A DNA stretch of 64,000 nt. Origin: an uncultured Lachnospiraceae bacterium. Its GTDB lineage: Bacteria > Bacillota > Clostridia > Lachnospirales > Lachnospiraceae. Shown here in pieces: positions 19,785 through 31,542 of the stretch. The stretch is taken from NCBI GenBank assembly GCA_910576975.1, contig CAJTJY010000013.1, forward strand, positions 10,523-74,522, given 5' to 3'. Below the pieces are notes generated by a model, which had not been told where the DNA came from, made no database searches, and saw nothing but the letters and a program-made list of their open reading frames with translations. Every line of letters begins with the position of its first letter. Positions within the stretch are counted from its first letter, which is position 1. Position numbers and translations under genes: made by a program.

Positions 19785-21758
19785 ATGAAAAGCATTCGAA
19801 TTAAAATTACATTATGTCTTATTTTGACTGTTATAGTTGGTCTGGTCGCTTCTGGAACGTCGAGCATCATGCTAAATTACAACAATACCATGTCCACGGT
19901 AGAAAAGATGATGAGTCAGATGGCCGTGCTGGCGGCGGGACGTGTGCAGCAGGAACTTGAGGCATATAAAAACGTCGTCATGGAAGTTGGGGGCATTCCG
20001 TAGTTGTCGGATCCGCAAGTGCCAGTGGAGGAAAAGCAGGCGATCATCGACGAGCGTGTTTCCATGCATGGCTTTCAGAGGGGAAATATTGTCGCTGCGG
20101 ATGGCATCAGTGTTTTTGATGGAAATGACTATTCAGACCGTGAATATGTACGTCAGGCGATGCAGGGCAATGTTTTTGTGTCGGAGCCGTTGATCAGCAA
20201 GATTACTGGGGAATTATCGATTATGGTAGCGGCGCCTTTATATGAGGAAGGGAATTATGAGAAATCAATTGTCGGCGTCGTATATTTTGTTCCTCATGAG
20301 ACCTTTTTGAATGATATTGTATCGTCTATTGAGATTGGTGAAAACAGCAGGGCATACATGATTAATAAGTCTGGCGGCACGATAGCCGATGTCACGCTTG
20401 ATACAATAACGGTTCAAAATATAGAAGCGGAGGCGCAGAGCGACGCCTCGCTCAAGGATCTGGCGGCGATTCATGCGAAGATGCGTCAGGGGGACAATGG
20501 GTTTGGAAGTTATACAAGCGGAGAAGTTAAAATGTTTGCGGCATATGCTCCCGTGTTAGATACAGACGGCTGGAGTATCGCAGTGACTGCGCCGCAGATT
20601 AATTATCTGGCTTCTACGCGGGACGCAATGGTGATCAATATTGCAGTGATCGTGGTTTCCATATTGATATCAGTCGTGGTAGCCCTGATGCTGGCGTTGA
20701 ATATCGGCAAGCCAATGAAAGCCTGCGTAAATCGCATGAAGCTGCTGGTGGAGGGAGATTTAGAGACGCCGATGCCAACGATTAAGAACAAGGATGAGAC
20801 GGGCGTGCTTGTGAGCTCGACGGAATCTTTAGTGCAGGGATTGCGTATTGTTATCAGCGACATTAGTTATCTGCTTAACGAGATGGCAAGTCAGAATCTT
20901 GACGTCCATACACAACATGAGGAGGTATATGTTGGCAGTTATCAGGATATCTTGCATTCGATGCGCAATATGAGGCTTAAACTTTCTAGCGCCATGCATC
21001 AGGTCAATCAATCTGCAGAGGGAGTGGCGAACGCCAGCAGCCAGTTGTCATCAAGCGCGCAGACGCTTAGCCAGGGTACCGCAGAACAAGCGGGTTCCGT
21101 ACAGGAATTAGCGGCAAGGATCAGCGCAATTTCTGAGGAAGTTAAGAGCACGGCAGGAGGGGCTTTGAACGTCAGGAGCCAGACGCATCAAGCAGGTAAG
21201 GAGGTTTCCCTGTGCAACCAGAAGATGCAGAACCTGGTACAGGCTATGGAGAAGATCCAGGCCAGCTCTGAGGAAATTGAAAAGATTCTTAAGACAATAG
21301 ACGATATCGCATTTCAAACAAATATCCTTTCTTTGAATGCGGCAGTGGAGGCTGCCAGGGCCGGAAGTGCAGGGAAAGGGTTTGCTGTCGTTGCGGAGGA
21401 GGTCCGCAGTTTGGCCGCTAAATCTGCGCAGGCTGCACAAAATACATCAGAGTTAATTGCCAATTCTACAGAGGCAGTACATACCGGCATGGAAATTGCG
21501 CAAAATACAGCAAACGTCCTCTTTGAGGTCGTCAATAGCATTCAGTCTGTTGTGGAAGCTATTGACCATATTGCAGTGGTGTCTAATGAGCAGTCAGAAT
21601 CGGTGGAGCAAGTTTCGGAGGGCATTAATCAGATTTCTGTCGTTGTGCAGAGCAATAGCGCTACTGCAGAGCAAGGAGCAGCTGCAAGCGAGCAGCTTTC
21701 TGCTGAGGCTTCCTGCTTGAAGCAATTGGTGAATCAGTTTACGCTTGCTTCAAAATGA
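19785..21758 (+). pseudogene. Methyl-accepting chemotaxis protein (Cache-HAMP-MCP) interrupted by a single in-frame TAG
   Basis: ORFs 19785-20003 and 20004-21758 are contiguous in one frame; TAG at 20001-20003; [31 protein letters not shown]. Confidence 0.85.
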
Positions 21759-22042
21759 TGCTCATGGATCGGTGTGTTTTCTTGCAAACATAAGGGTGAT
21801 TTGTAACTAAATGGTATCAAGGAATCTTCCTTGCCCTTGGATTTTTCAAATGTAAGATTGTGAAAATAAAAATCAAATTTCTATCAATAATTAATAAAAA
21901 ATTTTTCTTAAAATTTTTATTTTTATACACTAAATATTTGAAGATATGATATAATGATGCTTAGTGCACCGATTCATACATGTGTCAACTGATTATGGAG
22001 CTTGCGATGCGCTGGTCATTTGTAGGAGAGGACAGAGAGGTA

Positions 22043-23059
22043 ATGAAAGTAAATATTCGCAAAATCAGTGAGGATACCGGATTTTCGATGTCTACGGTAT
22101 CCAATGCGCTGAACCGAAAAAAAGGAGTAAATAAAGAGACTGCCCAAAAGATTCTCAACGCTGCGCAAAAGCTTGGCTATCGTGTCGAAGAGGGAATTAC
22201 GAAGATCCGCTTTGTGATATTTCGCAGAAATGGACTGATTATTGATGAAAGTTTTTTTCATCCAGCGGTAATTGAAGGAGTGGAGCATCAGGCAAAGCTT
22301 TTGGGGTATGAGATGATATTTTGTTATGTGGACATTCATGATTCAAATTACCAGGAGCAGCTTGCCGACATTTTGACGGATATGCAGAGTGCGATAATAC
22401 TCTTGGGGACGGAAATGCTTGAAGAAGATTACCAATTCTATGTCAGTGCGAAAAACCGCATCATACTGTTGGATGGGCGAAGTGATAAGTATAGATTCAA
22501 TAGCGTGTTGATCAATGATACGGAGGCAGTCGTTGAAGCCATGGAATATCTGGTTAGAAAGGGGCATGTAAGAATCGGATATTTACAAGGGGAATTTCGG
22601 ATTCAGGCGTTTCGTTCCCGTGAAAAGGGATACTATCAGGTGATGAATCAATATGGCTATCCAGTCAGACCAGAATATATTGCGACGGTTGGAACCAAGA
22701 TTGAAACGGCATATCAGAAGATGAAAGAGTATCTTGGCAGAGTAAAAGAGGTGCCGACGGCTTTTTTTGCAGATAATGACATGATTGCGATTGGATGTAT
22801 GCAGGCAATAAAGGAATGCGGCTATCGGATTCCGGAAGATATTTCCGTGATTGGCTTTGACGATGTTTCTTATGGCGCGGTGTTGGATCCGCCGTTGTCC
22901 ACCGTTCATGTATATAAGCAGGAGCTGGGAGCGAGAGCAGTTCGTGAACTTTTGGATGAGGACAGCAGGAATGGGCAGGCAAAGATAGAAATTCAAGTTT
23001 GTGCCGAATTTGTAGAACGCGGGAGCGTAAAAGAGATCAAAGAGGGCGGCGGTATTTAG
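22043..23059 (+). CDS. LacI-family transcriptional regulator
   Basis: NIRKISEDTGFSMSTVSNALN; IPEDISVIGFDD; PPLSTV. Confidence 0.93.
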   Translation: MKVNIRKISEDTGFSMSTVSNALNRKKGVNKETAQKILNAAQKLGYRVEEGITKIRFVIFRRNGLIIDESFFHPAVIEGVEHQAKLLGYEMIFCYVDIHDSNYQEQLADILTDMQSAIILLGTEMLEEDYQFYVSAKNRIILLDGRSDKYRFNSVLINDTEAVVEAMEYLVRKGHVRIGYLQGEFRIQAFRSREKGYYQVMNQYGYPVRPEYIATVGTKIETAYQKMKEYLGRVKEVPTAFFADNDMIAIGCMQAIKECGYRIPEDISVIGFDDVSYGAVLDPPLSTVHVYKQELGARAVRELLDEDSRNGQAKIEIQVCAEFVERGSVKEIKEGGGI

Positions 23060-23411
23060 CGCCAGTTCGTTTTCGATGGCAGAAAACGTTACCGTGCAAG
23101 CGGCACAGGCAATAATTATATTGTGACATAGGACTGATGCATGATGAATGCGGAGGTTCTATTTTTTTGCGATTACCATATTATCTTTTTGTTTTGGAAA
23201 ACATAAAAAAACATAAAATATTTTTTTGGAAAAAATATAATTGTAATAATGGAATGGAAAAGATTCGGTTAAAATATACAAAAATAAACATATAAAACTA
23301 TATAATATATACAAAGTGTAGTCTAAAAGTGAAAAATATCGAAAAAAGTATTGAAAATTTTATATAAATGTTTATAATGTGAATCATAAGATCGTAAAGG
23401 AGATGAAGCGC

Positions 23412-24302
23412 ATGGGTAAAATTGGGGTAGTTGGAAGCATCAATATGGATATGACGGTAAAGGCAGAACGGATTCCTCTCAAAGGCGAGACGGTAAAGGG
23501 TGGAGATTTAAAGTATATCCCAGGTGGGAAAGGAGCCAATCAAGCCGTTGCCATGGCAAAGCTTGGGGCAGAGGTCGAGATGTTCGGATGCGTTGGAGAT
23601 GATGCTGCAGGAATAAGCCTCGTAAAAAATCTGCAGCAAACAGGCGTTGAGACAAAATGCATTAAGACGGTGGCAGGGACGTCTACGGGATTGGCAATGA
23701 TTACAGTAGGGGAAAATGATAATACGATCGTCGTTGTCGCAGGGACAAACGATTGTGTGGACATCGCATATGTGGATCAGGTCAAGGATTCCCTTTTAGA
23801 ATGTGAAATTGTCCTGCTACAGCATGAAATACCACAGGAGACGATCGAGCATGTGGTGGAATTGTGCGCAGAAAACGGTGTCAAGGTAGTCTTAAACCCA
23901 GGACCAGCACGGCCAGTAAAACAGGAAATCCTGGAAAAAGTGACATACCTAACGCCCAATGAACATGAAGCCGTGATTCTGTTTGGAGAAGATGTTTCTT
24001 TTGATGAGATGATGAAAAAATATCCTGAAAAACTGGTGATTACGCAAGGTTCCCGCGGGGTTAGCACGTGTCTTAAAAATGGAGAGGTGATCCTGGTGCC
24101 CGCAAAAAAAGCAAATGTCGTGGATACCACCGGAGCAGGAGACACCTTAAACGGAGCGTTTACGGTAGCTGTCACCGAAGGGATGGACATTGCAAAAGCC
24201 CTGGCATTTGCAAATACGGCGGCAGGACTGTCCACGGAAAAATTCGGGGCGCAGGGAGGAATGCCGTCCCGGGATCAAGTAAAAAAAGCAATGGAGGAAT
24301 AA
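23412..24302 (+). CDS. rbsK: Ribokinase
   Basis: VGSINMD, PGGKGANQAVA, DTTGAGDT; operon context. Confidence 0.93.
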   Translation: MGKIGVVGSINMDMTVKAERIPLKGETVKGGDLKYIPGGKGANQAVAMAKLGAEVEMFGCVGDDAAGISLVKNLQQTGVETKCIKTVAGTSTGLAMITVGENDNTIVVVAGTNDCVDIAYVDQVKDSLLECEIVLLQHEIPQETIEHVVELCAENGVKVVLNPGPARPVKQEILEKVTYLTPNEHEAVILFGEDVSFDEMMKKYPEKLVITQGSRGVSTCLKNGEVILVPAKKANVVDTTGAGDTLNGAFTVAVTEGMDIAKALAFANTAAGLSTEKFGAQGGMPSRDQVKKAMEE

Positions 24303-24306
24303 GAAC

Positions 24307-24714
24307 ATGAAGAGCAATGGCATCCTTAACGCAGACATTTCAAGAGTATTGTCTTACATGGGGCACACCGACACGCTGGCGGTGGCAGACTGCGGCCTTC
24401 CGATTCCAGATGAGACGGAGCGGATCGACTTGGCGCTTAAATTAGGAGTTCCATCTTTTATGGAAGTGCTTCGGGAAGTCGTCAAAGAGATGAAGATTGA
24501 AAAGATTGTTCTTGCCGAGGAGATTCGAGAACAAAATCCTGATATTCTGGAAGAAGTTCTGGCGCTTGTAAACGAGATGGGAAGAGAATGCAAGATTTCA
24601 TATATACCCCATGCCAAGCTAAAAGAAGAGACGAAAACATGCAAGGCGGTGATCAGGACAGGGGAGACCACGCCATATGCAAATATTATTCTGCAGTCAG
24701 CATGTTTGTTCTGA
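24307..24714 (+). CDS. rbsD: D-ribose pyranase
   Basis: GILN..IS.V...GHTD...AD.GLPIP; IRTGE.TPYANIIL. Confidence 0.93.
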   Translation: MKSNGILNADISRVLSYMGHTDTLAVADCGLPIPDETERIDLALKLGVPSFMEVLREVVKEMKIEKIVLAEEIREQNPDILEEVLALVNEMGRECKISYIPHAKLKEETKTCKAVIRTGETTPYANIILQSACLF

Positions 24715-24797
24715 TATGCTTCCATAGAGATACTAGGAAACGATCAAGTACCCAACATCAAATGGATGGGATATCAAAATAAAAGGGAGGAATAGAG

Positions 24798-26282
24798 ATG
24801 CAGATTGAGATGAAGGGAATCCATAAATCCTTCGGAACGAATCAGGTGCTGAAAGATGCAGGCTTTGTTCTAGGACATGGGGAAGTACATGCACTCATGG
24901 GAGAAAATGGAGCTGGGAAAAGCACTCTGATGAAGATTTTGACAGGCGTCTACACCAAAGACAAGGGTACGGTTCTGGTAGACGGTCAGGAAGTGAATTA
25001 TAAAAATCCCCAAGAAGCGGAAAAGGCGGGGATTGTGTTTATCCATCAGGAGCTGAACGTGCTGTTTGACTTGACGGTGGAAGAGAATTTGTTTATGGGC
25101 AAAGAGATTAAGAACCGTTTTGGATTCTGTAATCAGAAAGCCATGAGGCAAAAAGCGAAAGATGCGCTTGGAAAGCTGGGAGTGCAGATTGATCCAGGAG
25201 AGGTGATGTCTAATCTGTCCGTGGGACAGCAGCAGATGATTGAAATTTGTAAAGCCCTGATGGTCGATGCGAAAGTCATCATCATGGATGAGCCTACGGC
25301 CGCCCTGACGCAAAGCGAGACAGTAGTGCTCTTTGAAGTGATTCAGTCCCTGCGCAAGTCAGGAGTTTCCATCGTGTATATTTCACACCGCATGGAAGAA
25401 ATATTTGAACTGTGCGACAGGATTAGCGTGCTGCGCGACGGAACATATGTAGGAACCAGGAACATTCCAGAAACCAATATGAATGAAATTGTCAAGCTGA
25501 TGATCGGGCGTGAAATCGGGGAACGTTATCCAGAACGGAAATGCAAGATTGGAAATACGGTTCTCAAGGTCAGCGGACTGACGAAAAAAGGCGTGTTTCA
25601 GGATGTATCGTTCGAGGTCAAAGCCGGGGAAGTCTTAGGCGTGTCAGGACTTATGGGCGCAGGCAGAACAGAGGTTATGCAAGCTATTTTTGGCAACTTG
25701 CCCTATGAATCAGGGAAAATTGAGATTAATGGCAAAGAAGTGTCAATCAAGTCTCCGATCCAGGCGATGAAAAACGGCATTGGCTTTATTACGGAGGACC
25801 GAAAAGTGGAAGGGTTGATGTTGGAGGAAAGCATTGAAAAAAATATTGCGCTCGCCAACCTGCCGATCATTTCCAAGAGCCATGTGATAGACCGCAAGAA
25901 AGAAAGGAACCTTGTCACAAAGGGAATCAAGGAGCTACATATTCGGTGCTTTGGTCCTTTCCATGAGTGCAGCAACTTAAGCGGCGGCAATCAGCAGAAA
26001 GTAGTATTTGCAAAATGGGTATACACAGATCCTAAAATTCTGATTCTCGATGAACCGACCAGAGGCGTGGATATCGGGGCGAAAAAAGAAATTTACAGCA
26101 TCATCAATGACTTGGCGCAAAAAGGGGTTGCCATTATCATGGTATCCTCCGAGCTGCCCGAGGTGCTTGGCATGAGCGACCGCGTGATGGTTGTCCGTGA
26201 AGGCGTGGTGACAGGAATTATTTACAAGGGAGAAGCAAACCAGGAAAATATCATGACATTAGCGACAGGAGGTATGATTTAA
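24798..26282 (+). CDS. rbsA: Ribose ABC transporter ATP-binding protein
   Basis: GENGAGKST, tandem NBDs, LSGGNQQKV. Confidence 0.92.
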   Translation: MQIEMKGIHKSFGTNQVLKDAGFVLGHGEVHALMGENGAGKSTLMKILTGVYTKDKGTVLVDGQEVNYKNPQEAEKAGIVFIHQELNVLFDLTVEENLFMGKEIKNRFGFCNQKAMRQKAKDALGKLGVQIDPGEVMSNLSVGQQQMIEICKALMVDAKVIIMDEPTAALTQSETVVLFEVIQSLRKSGVSIVYISHRMEEIFELCDRISVLRDGTYVGTRNIPETNMNEIVKLMIGREIGERYPERKCKIGNTVLKVSGLTKKGVFQDVSFEVKAGEVLGVSGLMGAGRTEVMQAIFGNLPYESGKIEINGKEVSIKSPIQAMKNGIGFITEDRKVEGLMLEESIEKNIALANLPIISKSHVIDRKKERNLVTKGIKELHIRCFGPFHECSNLSGGNQQKVVFAKWVYTDPKILILDEPTRGVDIGAKKEIYSIINDLAQKGVAIIMVSSELPEVLGMSDRVMVVREGVVTGIIYKGEANQENIMTLATGGMI

Positions 26283-27223
26283 TGGAAGCAAATAAGAAAA
26301 AAATTATGGATCATATACAGGATCTGGGCGCCCTTATCGCGCTGTTACTGCTGGTTGTAGGCATTAGTATCATAAGTCCTGAATTCAGGACGGGAAGCAA
26401 CTTTTTATCACTGCTGCGTCAGTCGTCAATTAACGGGTTGATTGCATTTGGAATGACCTGCGTGATCCTCACAGACGCTATTGACCTGTCTGTTGGTTCT
26501 GTTCTGGCATTGAGCACGGTGCTCTGTGCAGGCATGATATCATCCGGAGTTCCGGCAGGGCTTGCAATGATTCTGGCTTTGGTAATCGGAACTGCGCTTG
26601 GAGCTGTCAGCGGATTTCTGGTAACCAAAGGAAGGCTTCAGGCTTTCATTGCAACGTTGATCACGATGACGGTTTACCGTGGAGCAACGATGATCTTTAC
26701 AGGTGGAAAGCCGATTTCTAACTTGGGAGACAGCTTTGTGCTGAAATTGGTGGGAAGAGGAAACCTTTTCAATATTCCGATTCCGGTCATCCTGTTGGTT
26801 TTGATCTTTGTCGGATTTTATTTCTTGCTGAACAAGACTACTTTTGGACGCGCAGTCTATGCAACTGGAAGCAATTGGAAGTGTGCGAAGCTTGCTGGCA
26901 TCAATATTGACCGCACAAAAATCATCGTATATGCGATTTCTGGATTTATGTCTGCGTTAGCTGGACTAATCCTGCTGTCTAGGCTTGGTTCTGCACAGCC
27001 CACGCTTGGAGATGGATACGAGCTTGACGCAATCGCAGCCGTAGCCTTGGGCGGAACAAGCATGAGCGGCGGTCGCGGAAAGATTTATGGAACGTTGATC
27101 GGCGTATTGATTATCGCGGTATTAAATAACGGACTTAACATCCTTGGCGTATCTTCTTACTATCAGGATGTGATTAAAGGATTCGTAATCCTGGTTGCCG
27201 TATTATCAGATCGCAAGAGATAA
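26282..27223 (+). CDS. rbsC: Ribose ABC transporter permease
   Basis: IDLSVGS, YELDAIAAVALGGTS. Confidence 0.92.
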   Translation: MEANKKKIMDHIQDLGALIALLLLVVGISIISPEFRTGSNFLSLLRQSSINGLIAFGMTCVILTDAIDLSVGSVLALSTVLCAGMISSGVPAGLAMILALVIGTALGAVSGFLVTKGRLQAFIATLITMTVYRGATMIFTGGKPISNLGDSFVLKLVGRGNLFNIPIPVILLVLIFVGFYFLLNKTTFGRAVYATGSNWKCAKLAGINIDRTKIIVYAISGFMSALAGLILLSRLGSAQPTLGDGYELDAIAAVALGGTSMSGGRGKIYGTLIGVLIIAVLNNGLNILGVSSYYQDVIKGFVILVAVLSDRKR

Positions 27224-27266
27224 TCTGCGTTGCAATTTGGGATGGATTAAGGAAAGGAGAAAATGG

Positions 27267-28184
27267 ATGATGAAAAGAATAGCAAGTATTCTGCTGGTAT
27301 TGTGTATGGTATTTGGCATGACAGGGTGCAACGCAATCACGATTGACGGCGAGGGCGAAGCGCTCGAAGGCGCTGGAAACGGTTCGATTGGACTTTCTGT
27401 CTCAACGTTAAATAATCCCTTTTTTGTCTCTCTTGCGGAGGGAGCGAAATCCGCAGCCGAAAAAGAGGGCGTAAGTTTGTCGGTCGCAGACGCTGGGGAC
27501 GATAGTGCGAAACAGCAAAATGACATTGAGGATTTAATTTCCAAGAACGTCAGCGTATTGATTGTAAATCCGGTGGACTCTGACGCAGTGGCGCCCGCAG
27601 TGCAGAATGCGATTTCCAAAGGGATCAAAGTGATTTCTGTCGACCGCGTGGTAAATGGCGTTGACGTGGACTGCCAGATTGCGTCTGACAATGTGGCTGG
27701 TGCGAAAATGGCTACCGAATATTTGATTGAACAGATTGGCGAAGGCGCAAAGGTAGCCGAGCTGCAAGGAGTGCCTGGAGCCTCTGCCACCATCGATCGT
27801 GGCGCAGGATTCCATGAAGCAGCAGATCAGGCCTTGGATGTAGTGGCGAGCCAGAGCGCTAACTTCGACCGTGCAGAAGGCATGACAGTTATGGAGAATG
27901 TGCTGCAGTCAGATGGTTCGATCAAAGGCGTATTTGCTCACAATGATGAGATGGCATTGGGTGCGCTGCAGGCAATTGCGGCAACTGGAAAGGATATCAA
28001 GGTCGTTGGCTTTGACGCTACTGATGATGCGGTAAGCGAAGTCAAAGCAGGAAGAATGATAGCGACCGTTGCCCAGAAGCCGGAATTGATGGGTGAAACG
28101 GCAATTCTTACGGCAATTCGCCTAATCGCCGGGGAGGAAGTAGAGAAATCCCTGCCTGTAGAAGTGGAATTGATTACAAAATAA
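27267..28184 (+). CDS. rbsB: Ribose ABC transporter substrate-binding lipoprotein
   Basis: Lipobox MTGC; STLNNPFFV, FAHNDEMALGA, VGFD. Confidence 0.92.
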   Translation: MMKRIASILLVLCMVFGMTGCNAITIDGEGEALEGAGNGSIGLSVSTLNNPFFVSLAEGAKSAAEKEGVSLSVADAGDDSAKQQNDIEDLISKNVSVLIVNPVDSDAVAPAVQNAISKGIKVISVDRVVNGVDVDCQIASDNVAGAKMATEYLIEQIGEGAKVAELQGVPGASATIDRGAGFHEAADQALDVVASQSANFDRAEGMTVMENVLQSDGSIKGVFAHNDEMALGALQAIAATGKDIKVVGFDATDDAVSEVKAGRMIATVAQKPELMGETAILTAIRLIAGEEVEKSLPVEVELITK

Positions 28185-28624
28185 TAAAGCATAGATAGGA
28201 TATATCAAAGGGGCGCCGCAAACTGTCTTTCTGACAAAGCGGCGTCCTCGTTTTATCTTAAGATTAGAGTGTCAAAATGTATGGATGCGTGGCGCCTGAT
28301 ACACAGATTGCTATGGCGCAGCTGTCAGCAAAGTATTATTATGGGCTGCCCCCTGGCAAAGAGCAGCCAAGAGTACAGCTTCCGGTTACTTGATGCCTTG
28401 CATGGAGACGGTAGATTTGCAGGGAAGACCGAAATCCTTTATTGAGAACTTGACAGATAATCTTTATCAGTGGTATCGGGATATGCAGCCGTTAACCAAT
28501 GCATGCGGGCTTCTTTTTGACATTAAAATTTATCAGAACAATAATCAAAAGCTTTTAATGCATTTTTCCTGTTTGAAAGTTAGCATAGAGCTCATTTAGG
28601 TGCATCGGCGCATAAGCCTGCGCT

Positions 28625-29497
28625 TTATTTTTCTTGCTGTTGGCCTGTCTTGTCCCCATTCTGGCACTGATTCCGGTAAGCCATGGGGCTTAAGCCTTTG
28701 ATGCGGCGGAAGCTCTGAGAGAAATAACTTGGCGAGGAAAAGCCAAGTATGCCGGCAATCTGAGAGAGCGACATGTGGGTCTCCGAGAGAAGGCGCAAGC
28801 TTTCCTGAATCCGGCAGGATAAAACGTAATTGATAGGAGAGGTGCCATATTCCCGGCTGAAAGCATGAGCCAGATAGTATTTGCTGACATGGGCAACGGC
28901 CGCAAGGTTGTCAAGCGTCAGGGTTTCCTTGAAATGAGTTTCAATATAGCGGCGCACAACGGCGCATTCTTTGCTTGGCTTTTGGATGGCTGGCGTAAAA
29001 GTAACCGTAAACTGGCTGCGGCGCACTAGAAGCAGCAAGACGATTTCTAGAAGATTCTGGCAGATCGTGCCATAGCCTGGAAGCCGGGTCTCGATTTCCT
29101 TGAGAAGGAAGCGCAAATAATGCAGTATTTGTTCTCCTCCAGACTGAAAATGGATCACGGAATAGCCGTCGCCTTCATCATCTCCGGAGATGGTCTCAAG
29201 ACCGTCTATTCCCATGACGATGTATTCCAGAGGATGTTCGTCAGAGCTAAGTTCTGTATGTTCCGTGCCAGGATTGACGATAATGACGTCGCTTACGCCG
29301 ATGGGAATCGTTTTCCCGGTAAGACTTAAGAAACCAGAGCCGCCGGTGACAAAAAACATTTCGGTGCTGGGATGGGTATGAGGAATGGAATGCCACTCCG
29401 GGCTATAGCGCGTAACGCTGATATAAAGCAGCTTGGTGACGGAGCGGTCTATAGGGTCGGCTGGCAGTGGATCAAGGACATAATGGTTCGTGCTCAT
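28625..29497 (-). CDS. AraC-family regulator with cupin N-domain
   Basis: PHTH...E cupin motif; LGFSSPSYFSQSFRR..G.SP..YR; start moved to MSTNHY. Confidence 0.9.
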   Translation of the reverse strand: MSTNHYVLDPLPADPIDRSVTKLLYISVTRYSPEWHSIPHTHPSTEMFFVTGGSGFLSLTGKTIPIGVSDVIIVNPGTEHTELSSDEHPLEYIVMGIDGLETISGDDEGDGYSVIHFQSGGEQILHYLRFLLKEIETRLPGYGTICQNLLEIVLLLLVRRSQFTVTFTPAIQKPSKECAVVRRYIETHFKETLTLDNLAAVAHVSKYYLAHAFSREYGTSPINYVLSCRIQESLRLLSETHMSLSQIAGILGFSSPSYFSQSFRRIKGLSPMAYRNQCQNGDKTGQQQEK

Positions 29498-29938
29498 AAA
29501 AACAGGTCTCCTTTGGCGAGGGGCGGCAATTTGAAACAATAACAAATTTGCCGTTGTAAGTCTGTGCAGAATTCTGCCAGATGACGGACAATAGGGCAGC
29601 AATAACAATAAAATCAAGACAATAAAGATAAAAAGCTTTTTTCGTATTGCTTCCATTATAATGCCTTTGCATGAAAATAACAAGAGAAATTCGAGAAATA
29701 TACCAGTTAAGGACTCGAAATTGCAGGAGCGAAAAGGAAGAAATTCGTCAACCTGTATAGATAAACGGGAAATTATGCAAATAAATATATTAAAATATCC
29801 AAAATAGACAAGATATATAAAGAAGTGAGCAATATTGATATTGGAAAGATAATAGGTGATTGCTATACTAAAACAGACAGTTGGGAGTTACATAAAAACC
29901 AAATGATCACACATTTTTAGTCAGGAGGTAGAAGATTA

Positions 29939-31390
29939 ATGAAAAGGAAAATGCTCAGTATTCTTTTAGTGGCTGCGCTTGCCACGTCTGCATTGACAGG
30001 ATGCGGTAAGAAGAGCGAGGAGCCAGCGACGGACACACCTAGCACGACAGAGCAGGATGAGCCCACGAACGAAGAGCAGGGTGAGGAGCCCACAGACACA
30101 ACGGAGGAGCCCGAAGAAGAGGCGGATAACCAGACAGCCGGCGGAAAAATTGAAGTAGCAGCGCTTGAGGGCGGTTATGGCAAGACGATCTGGGAAGACG
30201 TATGCAAGGCTTTTACAGAGGAAACAGGCATCGAAGTGGAGCTGCTCACAAGCAAGGTGTTGGAAGATGAGATTGGACCATCTATGCAGGCAGGAGATTA
30301 TCCTGACGTGATTCATCTTGCAACTGGTCGTGAGAAAGGGTTGACAGAGACCTTTATCAAGGATAAGAACATTGTTGACATTACTGATGTTCTGTCCATG
30401 ACAGTACCTGGAGAGGACGCTGTAGTGAGCGATAAGATTGCTGGCGGCTTTACCGAGACCAGTCTGACCAATCCTTATGGAGATGGCAAGACTTATCTGG
30501 CACCGATGTTCTATTCTCCCTGCGGCTTGTTCTACAACGCAGGCCTGATGGAAGAGAAAGGTTGGGAAGTGCCTACCACATGGGATGAGATGTGGGAATT
30601 GGGCGACAAGGCGAAAGCAGAGGGCATTTCTCTGTTTACCTATCCGACCACTGGTTACTTTGATGCATTTTTCTATGCGCTGATGTATTCCGCAGGCGGT
30701 CCTGAGTTCTTTGACAAGGCTACCAAATATGAGGAAGGCATCTGGGATTCCGAAGAGGCAAAGACTTGCTTCGACATCGTGGCAAAATTGGCAACTTATA
30801 CAGAACCTAGCACACCTGCTCAGGCAAATGACCAGGACTTCACAAAGAATCAGCAGCTGGTTCTTGACAACAAGGCTCTGTTTATGCCGAATGGTACTTG
30901 GATTGTAGGCGAGATGGCAAATGCTCCTAGAGAAGACGGTTTCAAATGGGGCATGACTGCATTGCCAGCAGTAAAAGAAGGCGGCGATGGATACAGCTAT
31001 ACCTGGTTTGAGCAGGCATGGATTCCAGGCGGCGCTGAGAATCCGGATGGAGCAAAACAGTTTATCGCATTCCTTTACAGTGACAAAGCATGTGAGATTT
31101 TTGCAAGCGCTGTAGATGCAGATGGAAATCCTGTACCAGCAGTTCAGCCTGTTATCGGTATTGCTGATATGCTCGAAGGCGATAATAAGATGTTCTATTC
31201 CATCTATGATGACGGAGCAAAGGCTGCTATGGGTAACTTTGCTGCATACGATTCTGTTGTAGGCGTTACCAACCGTGAGGTATGGTTTGATCCAGTAAAC
31301 TCTCTGGTATCTGGTGACAAGACACAAGAGGATTGGGTTAACGGAATTAAGGAGATGAACGATCAGATGCGTGAGAATCTGGTTCAGTAG
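29939..31390 (+). CDS. Carbohydrate ABC transporter substrate-binding lipoprotein (resembles GNB/LNB-binding proteins)
   Basis: Lipobox LTGC, acidic linker, GLFYN...PTTWDE, FMPNGTW; substrate is inference. Confidence 0.85.
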   Translation: MKRKMLSILLVAALATSALTGCGKKSEEPATDTPSTTEQDEPTNEEQGEEPTDTTEEPEEEADNQTAGGKIEVAALEGGYGKTIWEDVCKAFTEETGIEVELLTSKVLEDEIGPSMQAGDYPDVIHLATGREKGLTETFIKDKNIVDITDVLSMTVPGEDAVVSDKIAGGFTETSLTNPYGDGKTYLAPMFYSPCGLFYNAGLMEEKGWEVPTTWDEMWELGDKAKAEGISLFTYPTTGYFDAFFYALMYSAGGPEFFDKATKYEEGIWDSEEAKTCFDIVAKLATYTEPSTPAQANDQDFTKNQQLVLDNKALFMPNGTWIVGEMANAPREDGFKWGMTALPAVKEGGDGYSYTWFEQAWIPGGAENPDGAKQFIAFLYSDKACEIFASAVDADGNPVPAVQPVIGIADMLEGDNKMFYSIYDDGAKAAMGNFAAYDSVVGVTNREVWFDPVNSLVSGDKTQEDWVNGIKEMNDQMRENLVQ

Positions 31391-31462
31391 TTAAGATTCG
31401 TAGAATGCGGATAATATTGCCGATGTAAGCTTATTGTTTCGGCGATGGAAAAGTGAATGAAG

Positions 31463-31498
31463 AAACGGCGGTGGCAGGCTGTTCACCGCCGTTTTTTT
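31463..31498 (+). terminator. Stem-loop with T-tract between SBP and permease genes
   Basis: AAACGGCGGTG-N10-CACCGCCGTTTTTTT. Confidence 0.75.
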
Positions 31499-31542
31499 AA
31501 AGGAAATACCATAATTCCGAAAGGGGAAAGGAGTTCTGAGAT

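Noticed and set aside
28300..28600. Possible gene remnant after the rbs operon
   Set aside because: Could not assign any family from the short frames.
29966..31327. 453 aa antisense ORF
   Set aside because: Shadow of the codon-biased SBP gene; no recognisable motifs. The same applies to most short antisense ORFs in the track.
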